This document shows positions 1 through 13,788 of a DNA stretch of 64,000 nucleotides, one piece after another. This DNA comes from the human T2T-CHM13v2.0 reference genome, Homo sapiens: NCBI RefSeq assembly GCF_009914755.1, contig NC_060926.1; one strand, written 5' to 3'. The position numbers and the translations under genes were made by a program. Position 1 is the first letter of the stretch; each line of letters starts with the position of its first letter. Under the pieces are notes generated by a model. That model was not told where the DNA came from and searched no databases. It saw only the letters and a list, made by a program, of their open reading frames with translations.

Positions 1-117
1 TACACTGCTTGGGTGATGGGTGCACCAAAATATCAGAAATCATCACTAAAAACTTATTCATGTAACCAAACACCACCTGTTCTTCCAAAACCTATTGCAA
101 TTAAAAAAAATTAAAAA
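1..117 (+). mobile_element. LINE-1 3' end and poly(A), L1PB-like
   Basis: GGGTGATGGGTGCACCAAAATATCAGAAATCATCACTAAAAACTTATTCATGTAACCAAACACCACCTG followed by an A-rich tail resembles the L1PB 3' terminus. Confidence 0.8.
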
Positions 118-574
118 ATGAAGACAAGATAAGATTAATGAGAAAAAGGAGTGAAAAATGCACTACAATGAGTAGAAGTTTAAGTACCTTCCCTGTGTGT
201 TAAATTAGAATGTCAGAAATCAACTCATGGAAATAAAAATAAAGATAGAATTTGTAATAGAGCGTTACACCTCCGGACTTAAAAAATATCATTGTAGATT
301 TCATGTTTTCATTGGCTAAATAAAGTGTTACAGCGATATTCTTTTTTTTTCATTTATTTGCTTCCTGATAGAAATTGGCCTTGGGATTTGCTTATGATTG
401 TCATTTTAGGGTTTTCTTCATTAAAAATTAAAAGTCAAGGTTTTCTCTTGGCTACCAAAAAAACCTTTCACTTGATATTTAAATATATATTTAAATGTAT
501 TTTCTTGTGTCCTTGCTGTCAATCATCATTCAGTTCTTACATTTTAACTCAATTTGTGTGTGCTTGTATGTGTT

Positions 575-3500
575 TTGTTGTTAGTAAAATTTACATAACA
601 TATAAATCACCATTTCAAAGTGTACAATTCATTGGAATTTGGTATATTCAAAAAGTTTCACAACTGTCCTGATCGATAAATTCAGTATATTTTCATCACT
701 CCAGAAAGAACCCCTATTTGTATTAACAATATACTTCCAGTCCCACCTCCCACTAGCCACTGGGGACCACTAATCTATTCTCTGTTCCTATGGATTTGCC
801 TGTTCCGACATTTCAACATAATGAAATCATACAATATGTGGCCTGTGGTGTCGAGCTTCTTTTACTGAGTATAATGTTTTCAAGGATCACTTATGTTCCA
901 CTACATATCAGTACTGCATTAATTTTTCATACCAAATAATATTCCATCCTATGAATATACTACGTACTACTTATTTATAGTTGAACATTTGGATTGTTTC
1001 TTCTTTGTAGCTATTATGAGTAATGTAGCTATATACATTCATGTACAAGTTTTTGTGTGGACATATGTTTGTAGTACTCTTGGGTGTATATGTAGTAGTG
1101 AAATTGTTGGATCTTATGGTAATGATATGTTTATGATTTGAGGAAGTGTGAAACTGTTTTCCAAATAAGCAGCATCATTTTGTATTGCCACTCGCAATGT
1201 ATGAGGGTTCCAATTTCTCCACATCCTTGCCAACATTTGTTATTGTACTTCTTTTTAATTATAGCCATCCTAGTGGGTGTGAAGTGGTATCTCATCATGG
1301 CTTGATTTTGTTTCCCAGATGACTTGTAATGTTGAGCATCTTTTCACATGTTTATTGTCCATTTGCATATCTTCTTCGAAGGAATGCTTATGCAAATCGT
1401 TTGCCCATTTTTAAATTGGTTATTTGTCTTTTTATCTTTGAGTTGTAAGAGTTCTTTCCGTTACTGCCAATACCATTCCCTTATCAGACATATGATTCTT
1501 AAATATTTTCTGCTATTTTGTGGGTTGTCTTTTCACTCTGCTAATAGTGTAATTTACAGCATAAAAGTTTTAAATTTTAGTAAATCCAATTTATTTTTTT
1601 TCTCTTTTTACTTATACTTTTGGTTCTATATTTTAGAAAACATTGTCTAACAAAAGATAATGAAGGTTTCCTCCTGAGAATTTTATACTTTTGTCTCTGA
1701 CATGTACATCTTACCTTTGTTTTCTTCTAAGAATTTTGTATTTTTATCTCTGACATGTTCATCTTAAAGGTGTTTTGTGTTACTTTTTGTACAGTGTTAT
1801 GTAAGAGTTCCAACTTCATCTTTTTCATGTGAGTATCCAGTTATCTCAGCATTATTTGTTGAAAACAATATTTTTTCATGTTGAATTGTCTTTAAACACT
1901 TGTCTCAAAATAACCTGAACCAAACGTGTAAGGTGTTTTTTTTTTTTCTGTACTCTCAATTCTATTTTATCTATACTTTTATCTGTATGCCTGTACCATA
2001 TATTGTCTTGATTGTTGTAGCTGCGTAGTTAGTTTTGAAATCAGGAAATGGGAGTCCTGTAACTCTGTTCTTTAATTTGTTTTAATGAAGTCTTTTAGTT
2101 TTTAATATAGGTATTGATTTTTTGGGAAATATTTCTTGTGAATATTCTAAATATTCTATTATTGGTGCTATTGTCAATGAATTCATTTCTTTAATTTTAT
2201 TTTTATTTTATTCATGGCAATGTGGAAAAATAGAATTGGTTTTTAAAAATATATTTTGTATCTTCCATCCTGCAAATAAAGACAGTTTTACCTCTTCCTT
2301 TCCAATCTGGGTGTCTTATATTTTTGGACATAAAATACAAAGTTGAGTAGCATATTGTCTCCTTCCCCATCTTAAGGGGAAAGCTTTTTGTCTTTTATTA
2401 TTAAGTATGCTTTTATTTGTGGGTTTTATTATAGATTTCCTTTATCAAATTAAGCAAGTTTTCCTCGATTCCTAGTTTTCTTTTTTTTTTTTGTCATGAA
2501 AGGGCGTTGAATTTTGTTAAAACTTATTCTGTATCTACCGAAGTGATCATTGTCTTTCATTCTCTATTCTATTAATATGGTATATTATATGATATTAATT
2601 GATTCTTGAATATTGAGTCAACCTTGCATTCCTATGATTAATCCTGCTTTTTCATGATTTAGAATCATTTACATATCTTGTTGGATTATATTGTCTAATA
2701 TTTTTGAGGATTTTTGCATGTATGTATTCATAAGGCATATTCTTCTATGATGTTCTGTTCTTGTGTTGTCTTTATATGATTTTGATAACACTAGACTTAT
2801 AGTTTGAATTGAAGAATTTTTCTCCCTATTCTATTATTTTGAAGAATGTAAGAAACATCAGTGTTAATTATTCTTTAAAAGTTTGGTAGAATTCACTAGT
2901 GAATCCATCTGGGTCTGGAAAACTTTTTAATTACTATTTAAATACCCTTACCTGTTTTAAGTTTACTCAGATTTTACATTTCTTGAATCATTTTCAGTAG
3001 TTTGTGTTTTCTAGAAATACATTCATTCTATTCAAGTATCTAATTTGTTGGCATATGTTTGACCATAGTGTGCCTTTGTAAGCCTTTTTATTTTTGTAAG
3101 GTTTGTAGTAATGATCTTTTTTATTAATAATTTTGTTGAATTTAGTTGTCTTTCTTTTGTTATTGGACAGACCACCTAATATTTTGCAAATTATATTAAT
3201 CTTTTCAATAATAATATTTATGTTTTTCTGATTATCCCTATTGCTTTTCTGCTAGCTATTTATTTTTGCTTCAATATTATTTGCTTTCTTCTAATTGCTT
3301 TGGATTTAGTTTGCTTTTTTTTCCTGTGTCATAAAGTTGAATGTTAGATTATTCAAAATGCTTCTTCTCTTCCAACATTGCTGTTTAGAGCTTTACATTC
3401 CTCAGTAAGTACTGTTTTATGTTTATCTTATAAGGTTTTGGTTTTTGAGTGTTGCTTAATTCCTACATATTTGTAAATTTCACATATTTTTCCTATTAAT

Positions 3501-6045
3501 TGTTTGCCATTTTACTATATTGTGGCTGGAGAATACATTTTTGTACTTTTAAATATTTTAAATTTATCATGGCTTGTTTTATGGCCTAGTATATAGTCTA
3601 CCTAGGGGAATATTCTATGTGTAGTTAAGAATAATATTTATGTTGGGTGGAGTATTGTAGAGATGTCTGTTTTATCTAGTTAGTTAATATTGTTCAAGTC
3701 TTCCATTTCTTTGTTATCTTTTGTCTGGTTTTGCAATCCATTATTGAAAGTGGGATATTGATGTCCTTAGCTATAATTATTGAATTGTCTATTTCTCCCT
3801 TCAAGTCTATCAGATTTTCTTTCAATTGTTTTGGGGCTCTGTTTTAGGTCTATGTTTGTAATTCCCTATGGGCTGGCCCTATTTTCTTTGTTAATAGACT
3901 TAACACAATTTTGTCTTAACATCAATTTTGATCCACATTAGTGAGATAAGAGGTGAGGCTTAGACAAGGGACTAAATTATGGACTAGCTGAAACAGGACC
4001 AGGGCAGAAGCACCTCCCCATAGGACATGTCCATGAGTGTGCCATGTCAGCTTACCATTGCCATGGCAATAACCCCAAATAACTGCGCCTTTGACCAGAC
4101 AATCTGGAAGCTACCACGCTCATCCTAGAAATTTCTGCATAAACTGACCCTTAATTTTAATACAATTAAAAGTGGATATAAATATGAATGCAGAACTGCC
4201 TCTGAGCCACCACTCTGAGCACCATTCCTATGGGGTAGCCCTGCTCTGCAAGGATCAGTACCTCTGTTGCTGCTGCATGCTGCTGCTTCAATAAATGTTG
4301 CTGCTTAACACTTCCATTTTGCCTTTGAATTCTTTCCTGAGTAAAGCAAAGAACCCTCCCCAGTTAAGCCCCAATTTAGGGCCTTGCCTGTCCTGTATTA
4401 TCAGTATATCCAGTCCAGCTTTCTTTTGCTTATTGTCTGAATGGTTTATTTCTTTTGTCCTTCATTTTCAAAGTATTTGTGTCTTTGGATCTACAGTGTC
4501 TCTCTTATAGACTGCATATAATGGAGTCATTTTAAAAATCTTTTCTATTAATTCCTGTATTATGATTGTAGCATTTAATCCATTTTCATGTAATAAAATT
4601 ATTCTGATAATTTTGCTATATTCTTTATGTCATATTTTTTGTTTCTATAGTCCTTCATTACCTCATATTTTGTGTTAAATAGGTAGTTTTATTTTAACAT
4701 TTTAATTCCATAATGTTTCCTTTACTATGTCTTCTTGAATTATTTTTTCATGGTTTCTCTGGGGATTGCAACTAACATCTTAATTTATAACAGCCTGGTC
4801 AAACTCATGTCAAATCAATCTTAGCAGTGTATGGAAACTTTGCTTCTATGCTCCTCTCCCATGTTCCTTTATGCTATTATTGCCATATACATTTTATCTT
4901 TATATATATGTCCCCCCCCACACACACACATACACACACGCACACACTTTATTGTTTTACGCAGTTCCCTTTTATATCACATAGAAGGAAAAAAATGTTC
5001 CTGAACAATAAATTTATTTATACTGATTTTCTGTTTTCCTATTTAGTTAATTTTATTGATGCTGTGTGTTTCTCCATATGCATTCAACTTACTGTTTAGT
5101 GTCCTTTCACTTCAGTGTGAAGTCCTTCACTGTAAGACTCTCAGTATTTATTATAGGGCATTTGTGCTAGGGATGAGTTCTCTCAGTTTTTATTTATCTG
5201 GCAATGTCTTGGATTTTTCTTCATTTTTGAAGGACAGGGTTCTGTATGAAAATTTTGGTTCACACTCTGCTTTGAGTTCTTTGAACATATACTAAATGCA
5301 GGTGAAAACTCAGGGTCATATGGGGGCTTTTCTGGGCATGCACAGAACCATGGCACGTACGCAATCTTGAGCATGCGCGTGGTCTTCTAGAGTCCCTGGA
5401 ATATGCCAGGGTTTTCAGAACCTCCTGTGGACATCTCATTCCCAAGCCTTTTGTTTTCAGAATTTTTGGCCAGATATTTATTTGTCCCAGCTGTTGTCAC
5501 CACTTCAGATGGCTACAGTGTTAAAATATTGCCACTGGATGTTTTCAGCAAATGCTTCTTGGATAAAGCCTATTCACATTGTGTGAGCACTAAGTCAAGT
5601 CAAATAAAGACCAGCCCTGCAAGTAGGTTTTCCCAGGAAACTGTGAGATGAGTGGAATGATGAAAATTATCTTGGAAGGAGCTTTTCAAGGGGCACCAAA
5701 CTCCTTCTTTTCCCTCTAGTGATTGTTAGGCTACTGGTTTCCAACATGGTTTGGAGACTATTAGTTTTTAAGGGTACTGTGGAATGGGGAGGGGAAAAGG
5801 GAATAAGGTTTGTTAAAAGGCTGTTCCTACCATTAACTAATGAAGTTAACCAATAAACAAATCTTGCCATTCTTCTTGTGATTCAGACATTTGTTTTGAA
5901 CAAGTGCTCCTCCTTGAATTGTTGGTAATATTTGCTTCATTTCCAAAGTTCTGAAAATATTAATTTTTAACAGTTTTTCCTGTTTGTCATTGCTTTTGTA
6001 CAGAAGTGGATCTTTGGAGGTTCTCACTCTGCTATTCCCACTGGT
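575..6045 (-). mobile_element. Old LINE-1 (L1MB/L1M-type) 3'UTR, ORF2 and upstream fragments, interrupted by an LTR
   Basis: Antisense L1 hallmarks such as GCCATCCTAGTGGGTGTGAAGTGGTATCTCA (~1264), TTTGGTAGAATTCACTAGTGAATCCATCTGGG (~2882) and CCATTATTGAAAGTGGGATATTGA (~3740); T-rich and heavily diverged. Confidence 0.8.
3942..4400 (+). mobile_element. Solo ERV1 LTR, MER50-like (MER4 group)
   Basis: Starts TGAGATAAGAGG and ends CCTGTATTA; internal AATAAA (~4290); imperfect 4-bp TSD TTAG/TCAG splitting the host L1. Confidence 0.7.
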
Positions 6046-7197
6046 GTGCATGTGTGCATGTGTGTGTATGTTACACTTCTTTATAGTTTTAGAATGATAA
6101 TATCCTAGAATATTAATTTTGGTTCTTTTTTTGCATCTCTCATGTTAGTTTCATCTATTAGAACAAAACATCCACATTGCTCAAAGAGAAGTCGAATCAT
6201 TGCAGTATAGTAAAGTGAGTAAAAAAGGTTTCATCTATATGTATTTTTCTAATTTTAAAGAATAATTTAAAAATCTAATGATAAGGCCTGTTAGATGCAG
6301 AGATCAATCTATACCAGTTGAATTTGAGACAGAAGAATGGATAAGACATTAAAGCCCACTCTGGGAATTATAGAAAAGCTTAGGAAATGTATTTGTCCTG
6401 GATAGGTTGGGGCCTAGATGAAAGGGCCCAACTTGTTGGTCATCAGGGAAGAATAGTATGATTCATTGCATAAATTAGGAGGGTAGGGCCAAGGGTAGGG
6501 ACTTTTATCAACATTTAAGGGAGCCTCCCTAAATTTAGGATAAAATAGCATAAAATAAAATTGTCCCACATACAGAGAAGTAGAAAAAAATATGAGTCAA
6601 AATCATAATAAAAGGAAATCAGTAGAAAGAGAACTCAATATGATCCAGGTGTCAGAATTAAAAGAGAAGAACTTAAACTATCAATTATATATTCAAAGTG
6701 ATAAAAATAACCATAATAAGTAAATGGATGGGAGCTATCAAAATGGAAATGAAAATTTTCACAAAGAATCAGCCTAAAATCCTACAACCAAACCATGTAA
6801 TACTTGATGTGTTATATGTTAAATTTAAATTAAGTTTAGTTTGGTTATATATCTTGATTAAACTGTGAAGGTTCCTGAACACACAAAGTGAATATAAGAA
6901 TACTCATTAATCCGTGAAATTTATTTCTTCCTTCTTTTCCTTCCTCCCTCCCTTTCTCCTTCCCTCCCTTCTTCTCAGTTTTCCTTCCTTTCTTTCTCTA
7001 TCTCCAGTTGTTCTTCTCAACCAAAATCTCTTGTAATTCCCAAAACAATATTTTATTATGATGTCGATATTTTCAATTTAATATTGTTCCTCTACATTTT
7101 TGTTCAATTAATATTCTTTCCTCTAAATTTTACTCCTTTTGCAGCATAATATTCATATATTATTGCCCTATGAAATAGTCTGAATTTTAACATTGAC

Positions 7198-7398
7198 TTA
7201 TAACTGGTATTTTATCCTGTTTCTTCTTTGGATGTAGCTAATGGGGGTAATGGAGAAGGAATGTCCTCGCAGAGCATGATTCATGGAAAACATTCCACTG
7301 GACAGCCTTAGCATTCACATGTGGAAGATACGAAACAGTCTTTTTTCCAAAGAGGGATTCTGAGTCTTCTAACAATAAATCTGCTTCATTTATTATGA
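7198..7398 (-). pseudogene. Exon remnant, 201 nt, phase 1-1
   Basis: ctttag|TC ATA ATA AAT... reads IINEADLLLEDSESLFGKKTVSYLPHVNAKAVQWNVFHESCSARTFLLHYPH*LHPKKKQDKIPVI, then |gtcaat; one stop in 66 codons. Confidence 0.5.
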
Positions 7399-8340
7399 CT
7401 AAAGCTAATTATTGCAAATAGGATTTTTTTTCCATATTGGGGCAAACAATTGTTGGAGACTATAGTTTAATAAATTATGAATATAGTGGTTCAAATACAA
7501 TAGTGTTCTTTTACTTAATATTAGAGTTCTAAATGATTTAAAATCAATAGAGTGAAAAATTAATATATTTTCAAAATCCTAGAAAATGTAGTTTTCCATA
7601 AATGTCTAAAAATATGTTATCTTTGTAATTGTATACATATAGTAATTTCATTTAAAAATTTAGTCATATCACTCACATAAAAATAATAACTTCAACCTAG
7701 ACAATTTTATATTCTTATGAATATTTAGTCAAGAAGTTAGAGCCTATTGAACAGATACCCAGTATCCCCTTTCTCTCCCCATTCCCTTCAGTTTATGTAA
7801 AACTGTAATCTCCACGGTTTCAGGAATATTATCTTGTTCATTACAGTGGGTTTCAGAGAACTGTAAGCATAACAAGTGCTTGTTAACATGTATTAATGAC
7901 TGGTTTTATTTTGTTAGGCACCCTCATCAAATACTGATTAGCCAAATAGAGTTATATCCAGATTTATGCTAATAAAAATAAATTTTTAACAACCTACTTC
8001 CTGCTAAATTTATTTTCTTTTTTCTACTAAATATGTTTTAAAATAATATGTTTAAACTCATATGCGTAATTTACATTTAAAGCTTCTAAACTGTGAAGAA
8101 CGTTTTGATAATGTTTGTAGTACATATTTTGTAAACCTATTTTGCAATCAGCTGACTGATAATCTGCTAACTTTTTACAGTATGACAGATCTTTAATTCT
8201 TAGTATCTATAGGAAGCACTATTGTGCATGTTTTTATATTTTTTGTGGATGTTTTTATAGTTTTAGAAGTGATAAAGTTGAAATTTATCTAAGCTCTAAT
8301 TGAAAAAGGCACCAAAGACCAATGAATGAATTAACTTTAC

Positions 8341-8541
8341 AATCATGATTCTTTTTTCTGTTTTGTCTCTTCTCATACAAGTCTGCAGAGCTGAATTTTT
8401 TATAATGTGTTGTGTTAGGCAGGTTGTACTTAAACTTTCACTTTTAAAAATATTTAAATATTTTAACTGAGCAGACATGCCTTTGCAATCAGAAGGTAGG
8501 ACAAATGTCTTTTTCAGTTTAAAAAAATTACGGCAATTTAC
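8341..8541 (-). pseudogene. Exon remnant, 201 nt, open frame
   Basis: ttctcatag|VNCRNFFKLKKTFVLPSDCKGMSAQLKYLNIFKSESLSTTCLTQHIIKNSALQTCMRRDKTEKRIMI|gtaaag; overlaps ORF 8296..8478. Confidence 0.5.
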
Positions 8542-8941
8542 CTATGAGAAGTTTCCAAGCCTTAGTCAAAAATATTTGTTTTAAAGTCTGTGGACGCAGT
8601 AGAAAATAGGAGACATTATAGTAGTATTAATTTCTTGGCCAAGTTAGAAGACAAGCTGAGGTACTAATTCAGAATAGTGGGAAAAGTAGTTCACCAAAAT
8701 AGCAAAGGTTTAGGGAAAATTTAACGCAAACTTCCAATAAAAACCATTCTTAATTGAAATTTAAAACTTGTAAAATCATTTTGATAGTTACAAATTTAAA
8801 ACTTACAAGGTAATGTAAACAAAAATGTACAAAGAAGCCAAATATACTGTTTACCCAAGTCATCTTGTAATTGGCATTTTCTTAAATTATTACATCAGTA
8901 AGATTTATATATTTTTTTGAAAATAAAGGTATATGAATGAT

Positions 8942-9203
8942 GGCCGTGTGTGGTGGCTCATGCCTGTAATCCCAGCACTTTTAGAGGCAGAGGTGAGGGG
9001 ATTACTTGAGTCCGGGAGTTCAAGATCAGACTGGGCAACATGGCGAAATCCTGCTTCTACTAAAAATAAAGAAATTAGGCTGGCGTGGTGGCGCATGCCT
9101 GTAGTCTCAGGTTCTTGGTTAAACCTGGGAGATGAAGGTTGCAGTGAGTCAAGATCTTGCCACTGCAGTGACAGAGCAAAACCTTCTCCAAAAGAAAGAA
9201 AAA
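8942..9203 (+). mobile_element. Alu (AluJ-like, internal deletion in right arm)
   Basis: GGCCGTGTGTGGTGGCTCATGCCTGTAATCCCAGCAC...; TSD GTATATGAATGA on both sides. Confidence 0.9.
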
Positions 9204-9238
9204 GTATATGAATGAAACATTTTGAAAGATAGAAGGTA

Positions 9239-9763
<525 letters not shown>

Positions 9764-9770
9764 CTAGAAG

Positions 9771-9895
9771 GAGAAAGTGCCACTGTACTCCAGCCTGGGT
9801 GACAGAGCGAGACTCAGTCTCAAAAAAGAGAAAGAAAGAAGGAAGGAAGAAAGAAAAGGAAGGAAGGAAGGAAAAGAAAAGAGAAAGCTAGGAGG
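9771..9895 (+). repeat. Tandem duplicate of the Alu 3' end, tail and TSD
   Basis: GAGAAAGTGCCACTG(C/T)ACTCCAGCCTGGGTGACAGAG(T/C)GAGACTCAGTCTC repeats the sequence from 9468, including its private variants. Confidence 0.85.
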
Positions 9896-10585
9896 TGTTT
9901 CAAAAAGTTAGTCATGAATTATATATGATAACTTAAACTGACCTTGGCCATATGTGAGCTATCCAGCAACTTTACCTCTTTGAAACTCAAACTAAAGGCC
10001 ACGTGGTATATGCAAAAATTACTTCTGAAAATTGAGTAGAGATGTCACAAAATATACTACAGTTCACAAAGTTCACTTATAGAGAACCCTTTTACATCCT
10101 ACACCAAAATTTACTTAATCTTATTTTAGATAAGAATTTAATAGGCTCGATACTTCATTCCTAATCCTGAATTATATCTGAGGTCTCAATATTTTTTTAA
10201 AAAAGAGAGGGTTGTATATATGCATAAGCACATTGAAAGGAAGAAGTGATAACTGATAGTCATAGACCAGTGCAACAGAAAATGACAAAAAGCAGAAAAC
10301 AATCTCCAAACAAAATATATAGGGTCATTTAGTGTAAAAGCAAATATCTCTACACTCAATTGTAATACCTGATAGTATAACTATTTTGCTATACAGTGGC
10401 ATTTCAAAATGTTGCAGTTAGATATGAAAAAAATATGTATGTCCTATCAATTTTATTGTGATAGTGGGTATATACTTTCATCTCAATTGATACAAAATTG
10501 CCCTATGGCCTACCACTTACTGTATGCTTTTTAGTTAGTTATATTAATTCATTTATCTGAAAGCTCCAAAGAAGTGAGGTCTTAC

Positions 10586-10660
10586 TAAATATTGAGGAGA
10601 AACATAATGATTCTTGTTGGTCTCTTTCGTTAGTAAAATAATTGCTTTGAAAGAACAATT
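10586..10660 (-). pseudogene. Exon remnant, 75 nt, phase 0-0
   Basis: gttctcgttatggcag|NCSFKAIILLTKETNKNHYVSPQYL|gtaaga. Confidence 0.55.
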
Positions 10661-10709
10661 CTGCCATAACGAGAACATAATTTTTCCATTAGAATGGTTA
10701 GATGTCAAT

Positions 10710-10830
10710 TTCCAGCTTTGTCTCCTTTGTGTGATTTTGAACTTATCTCTAAATTTCAACTTCTCCACATATAAAATGTGGGCAATGATAACCATCCCAA
10801 TGGGATACAGTGGGAATTAGTGAGCTTAAT
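10710..10830 (+). mobile_element. MIR fragment
   Basis: TGTGTGATTTTGAACTTATCTCTAAATTTC...TATAAAATGTGGGCAATGATAACC resembles the MIR core. Confidence 0.55.
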
Positions 10831-10865
10831 AACAATACTTTACATCTACTAATGGTTAATGTCAC

Positions 10866-10937
10866 CTCCGTTTTTCTTTTGTTTGTTTTTCTCCTCCTTG
10901 CATTTTTCCCCTAGGAATGTAAGAGAAACTGCTTTTT
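10866..10937 (-). pseudogene. Exon remnant, 72 nt
   Basis: Strong acceptor tctttttttctattctag, donor gtgaca; phase 0 reads KKQFLLHS*GKNARRRKTNKRKTE. Confidence 0.55.
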
Positions 10938-11864
10938 CTAGAATAGAAAAAAAGAACACTTAAGATATAAAGATGTTCAACCCATATAAATAATTTATCT
11001 GTTAAATGAACCAGTCTGACAGTTCTAAAATACCAAGAACAATAATTGATTATAAGAATGTTTATGGTAATAAAAATTATGATAATTATTGTATTAAAAA
11101 TGACAATTACATGGATACATGCATTGTACATATTGGTTAGTATAGTTGTCTTCCATATTGTTTACTTAATATGCTTGCTTCTCTAAGTTTTCTAGACAAT
11201 GCCACAGATATTAATTGTGCATTTTACAGTGTTTCCTTAGGTAGGATTTGGCCTCATTCATTGTTCGTAATAGGCTAATCAGGGTCAAAAGATAAAGGAA
11301 AATTATGGAATGTGATCAGGCACTGCTACAGAGAGATAAGAATGATTTAGAGAGTATTCTAAGGGCAACCTTAAAAGGAAAGAAATATGGAATGAAGAAC
11401 GCTAAAGGGAGGGATATTTTTAATTCAAAATACACACAAAACTTAGATATTATAAAGAGTCTTTAGGAAAACAAATCTGAATTTTAGAATGTAAACCTGT
11501 TTCCAACATGCATTAAAAACCCATTAAACACTCTGCAAGACAGCTTCCAATTTTTCAATGCATCTAAGCTGTAAACAATATATATCAAAAGTAAGAAGAG
11601 AAAAATGTTGATTTCAAAGCTCTCAATTTTTTAGAAGACTCATTAAAAAGCAATAAATGAGAACTTAGAGCTTTCTTATAACAATAATTTTAAAGATTTT
11701 TTTTTTTCATGTAGAGTCTACTTAAAACTAGAGGGAGTGACTTAATGTGTTTTAAAGAGTTATAGCACGATCTTTTTCCTTTTGTTCACTCCTATCACAT
11801 TTGTTGTTTATAAAGGATTATAGACAGGAAAAAAGGAATGATCTCAGCATTATCAATCACCAAC

Positions 11865-12274
11865 CTCCTTGATTTCCATATTTTATTCCAAAGTCTGAAG
11901 ACTTCTGCGTAACTCTGTAGATATGTGGTCAGAATTCAGGGTATTATTTCCTCTATTATAAACATAATAGTAAGTATATGTAGGGCACAGTATTTACTAA
12001 GTGTTTCCATAAACACTCCCTAAAAGGGGATCCTCAAGGTTCATAGAGGGCATATCTTTCTAGAAGAAACATTGCTTGGTTGTCCATACTTTAAAATCAT
12101 AAAGCTAGCTGAGAATATTTTGCAAGAGTCATTCAGCTTGTTTTAACTCTATATTTCATCATGTCTATATTGCACCCACTAGCAGTTCCAGAGCCTCATT
12201 ACTGGGTTTGGTGGGACCACATAATCACCAAATCATTGCACCCTAATTTCAGGATCCTTGATAGTCTGACTAGT
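11865..12274 (-). pseudogene. Two exon remnants: 12274-12090 (185 nt) and 11952-11865 (88 nt)
   Basis: ttatttttctatag|TSQTIKDPEIRVQ*FGDYVVPPNPVMRLW...|gtatgg and gtttataatag|GNNTLNSDHISTELRRSLQTLE*NMEIKE|gttggt; phases 0-2 then 2-0. Confidence 0.45.
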
Positions 12275-12459
12275 CTATAGAAAAATAACATGATACACAG
12301 CTTAATCATATAATGCTGAATTATACCATCTATATGGATAATCCTTGCTCTATTTGGACATCAGCTCATAAGTCATTCAAACAGCTGAGAGCAATTCCCT
12401 TTTCCCAGAAAATGCTACTTTGAAAATAATTTTGTGAGTTGTGAGATTATTTCAGCATG

Positions 12460-13400
12460 TATTTTTAAAAGTATTTGTAATAAGGCATAATTCACATAAA
12501 ATGCACAGATCTTTCCAGTTTTATGAAAGTCGATATAGCTGGTGACTTTAAGAATATAAACTTGTAAACTTGGTGACTTTAATAATTAAATATTATTTAT
12601 TTAGCTCAACACCTAAACAAGAAGTAGAACACTTCTATTGCCTAGAAAATTCCCTTGTAAGTCCTTCCATTAAATCCCTGACACTCTCTATCACCACACA
12701 TGGCTAATTTTTATATTTTTAGTAGATACGGGGTTTCACCACATTGGCCAGGCTGGTCTTGAACTCCTAATCTTGTGATCTGTCTACCTTGGCCTCCCAA
12801 AGTGCTGGGATTACAGGCGTGAGCCACCATGCCCAGCGAAATTCTGAATCTTCTTGGATCCCATATAAATAGAATCATACAACATATAATTACTATTAGT
12901 ATGTCTGAATGATTTAATGAAAATGTTTCATGAGATCCATTCATGCTGTGTATTACAGCAGGCTTTTTTCTCCCCCTGGTTTATTTCTGAGCAATAGGTG
13001 TAATACAAGCAGACATAAATCTGTAAAATGGTTCTCTGGCCTTGTTGTGCACGCTCCTGCCAGCAATCCAGTTGCTGCAAATCCTTGCCAGTATTTAGTG
13101 TGTCAGCCTTATTTCAGCTATTTTATTGGCATCTGACTGTTTTTATTGTTTTAAATTTTTATTCCCCCAACGATTAATTATGTTGATTACTTTTGTTTTT
13201 GTTTTTGTTTTTTTTCTATTGGCTGTGTGCTATTTGATATATCTTCTGTCAGGTATTTGACATTTTCACCATTTTTATTGGGTTGATTGCCTTAAAAATG
13301 TGCAGGGATACTGTGTATGTTCTAAAAATAAATATTTAATTTATATATTGTAAATATGTTTCCCTGTCTGTGGCTTGCATACCCATTTTTTAGTGAAAAT
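12460..13400 (-). mobile_element. Old L1 (L1ME-like) 3' fragment containing a truncated Alu
   Basis: Antisense L1M 3'UTR motifs (ATAATTCACATAAAATGCACAGAT; GAGATCCATTCATGCTGTG; CCTTGCCAGTATTTAGTGTGTCAG). Confidence 0.6.
12692..12837 (-). mobile_element. Alu left arm only (3' portion missing)
   Basis: GGCTAATTTTTATATTTTTAGTAGATACGGGGTTTCACC...GTGAGCCACCATGCCCAGC. Confidence 0.85.
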
Positions 13401-13548
13401 TTTGGTCAATGGACATTATAAGATTATTATTTTAAATTAATAGACTTTATTTTGAAGAACAGTTTTAGGTTTAAAAAATGTTGAGTGGAATACAGAGTAT
13501 CCATATACTCTCTCATCTCCAATATTCACATGAAGTGCTATTTCTTAC

Positions 13549-13788
13549 CTTCTCTTTGGCCTCGAAAGCCTTTAGATAAATAAAAGACATAGTTTTCCAG
13601 GCTTCATAGAACTGGCCACGTGATAAGTGTTCTCAGCTCAATTATATATGTATAAATATTTAACTTCAAGTTGGAATCTACCATGCTATACTTACAATGT
13701 TGGTTCAAGTTATATTCCACAAACTAACTTTGATAAAGATTTCCATGTGGGTAATGAATGTTTGTTTGACGATGAATCCATTTTTTTT
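13549..13788 (-). pseudogene. Two exon remnants: 13788-13696 (93 nt) and microexon 13569-13549 (21 nt)
   Basis: aacag|KKNGFIVKQTFITHMEIFIKVSLWNIT*TNI|gtaagt and tcttttatttatctaaag|AFEAKEK|gtaaga; both are multiples of 3 with consensus donors. Confidence 0.55.

Noticed and set aside
1670-1770. Imperfect ~55-bp tandem duplication
   Set aside because: Ordinary old slippage event inside L1; no sign of function.
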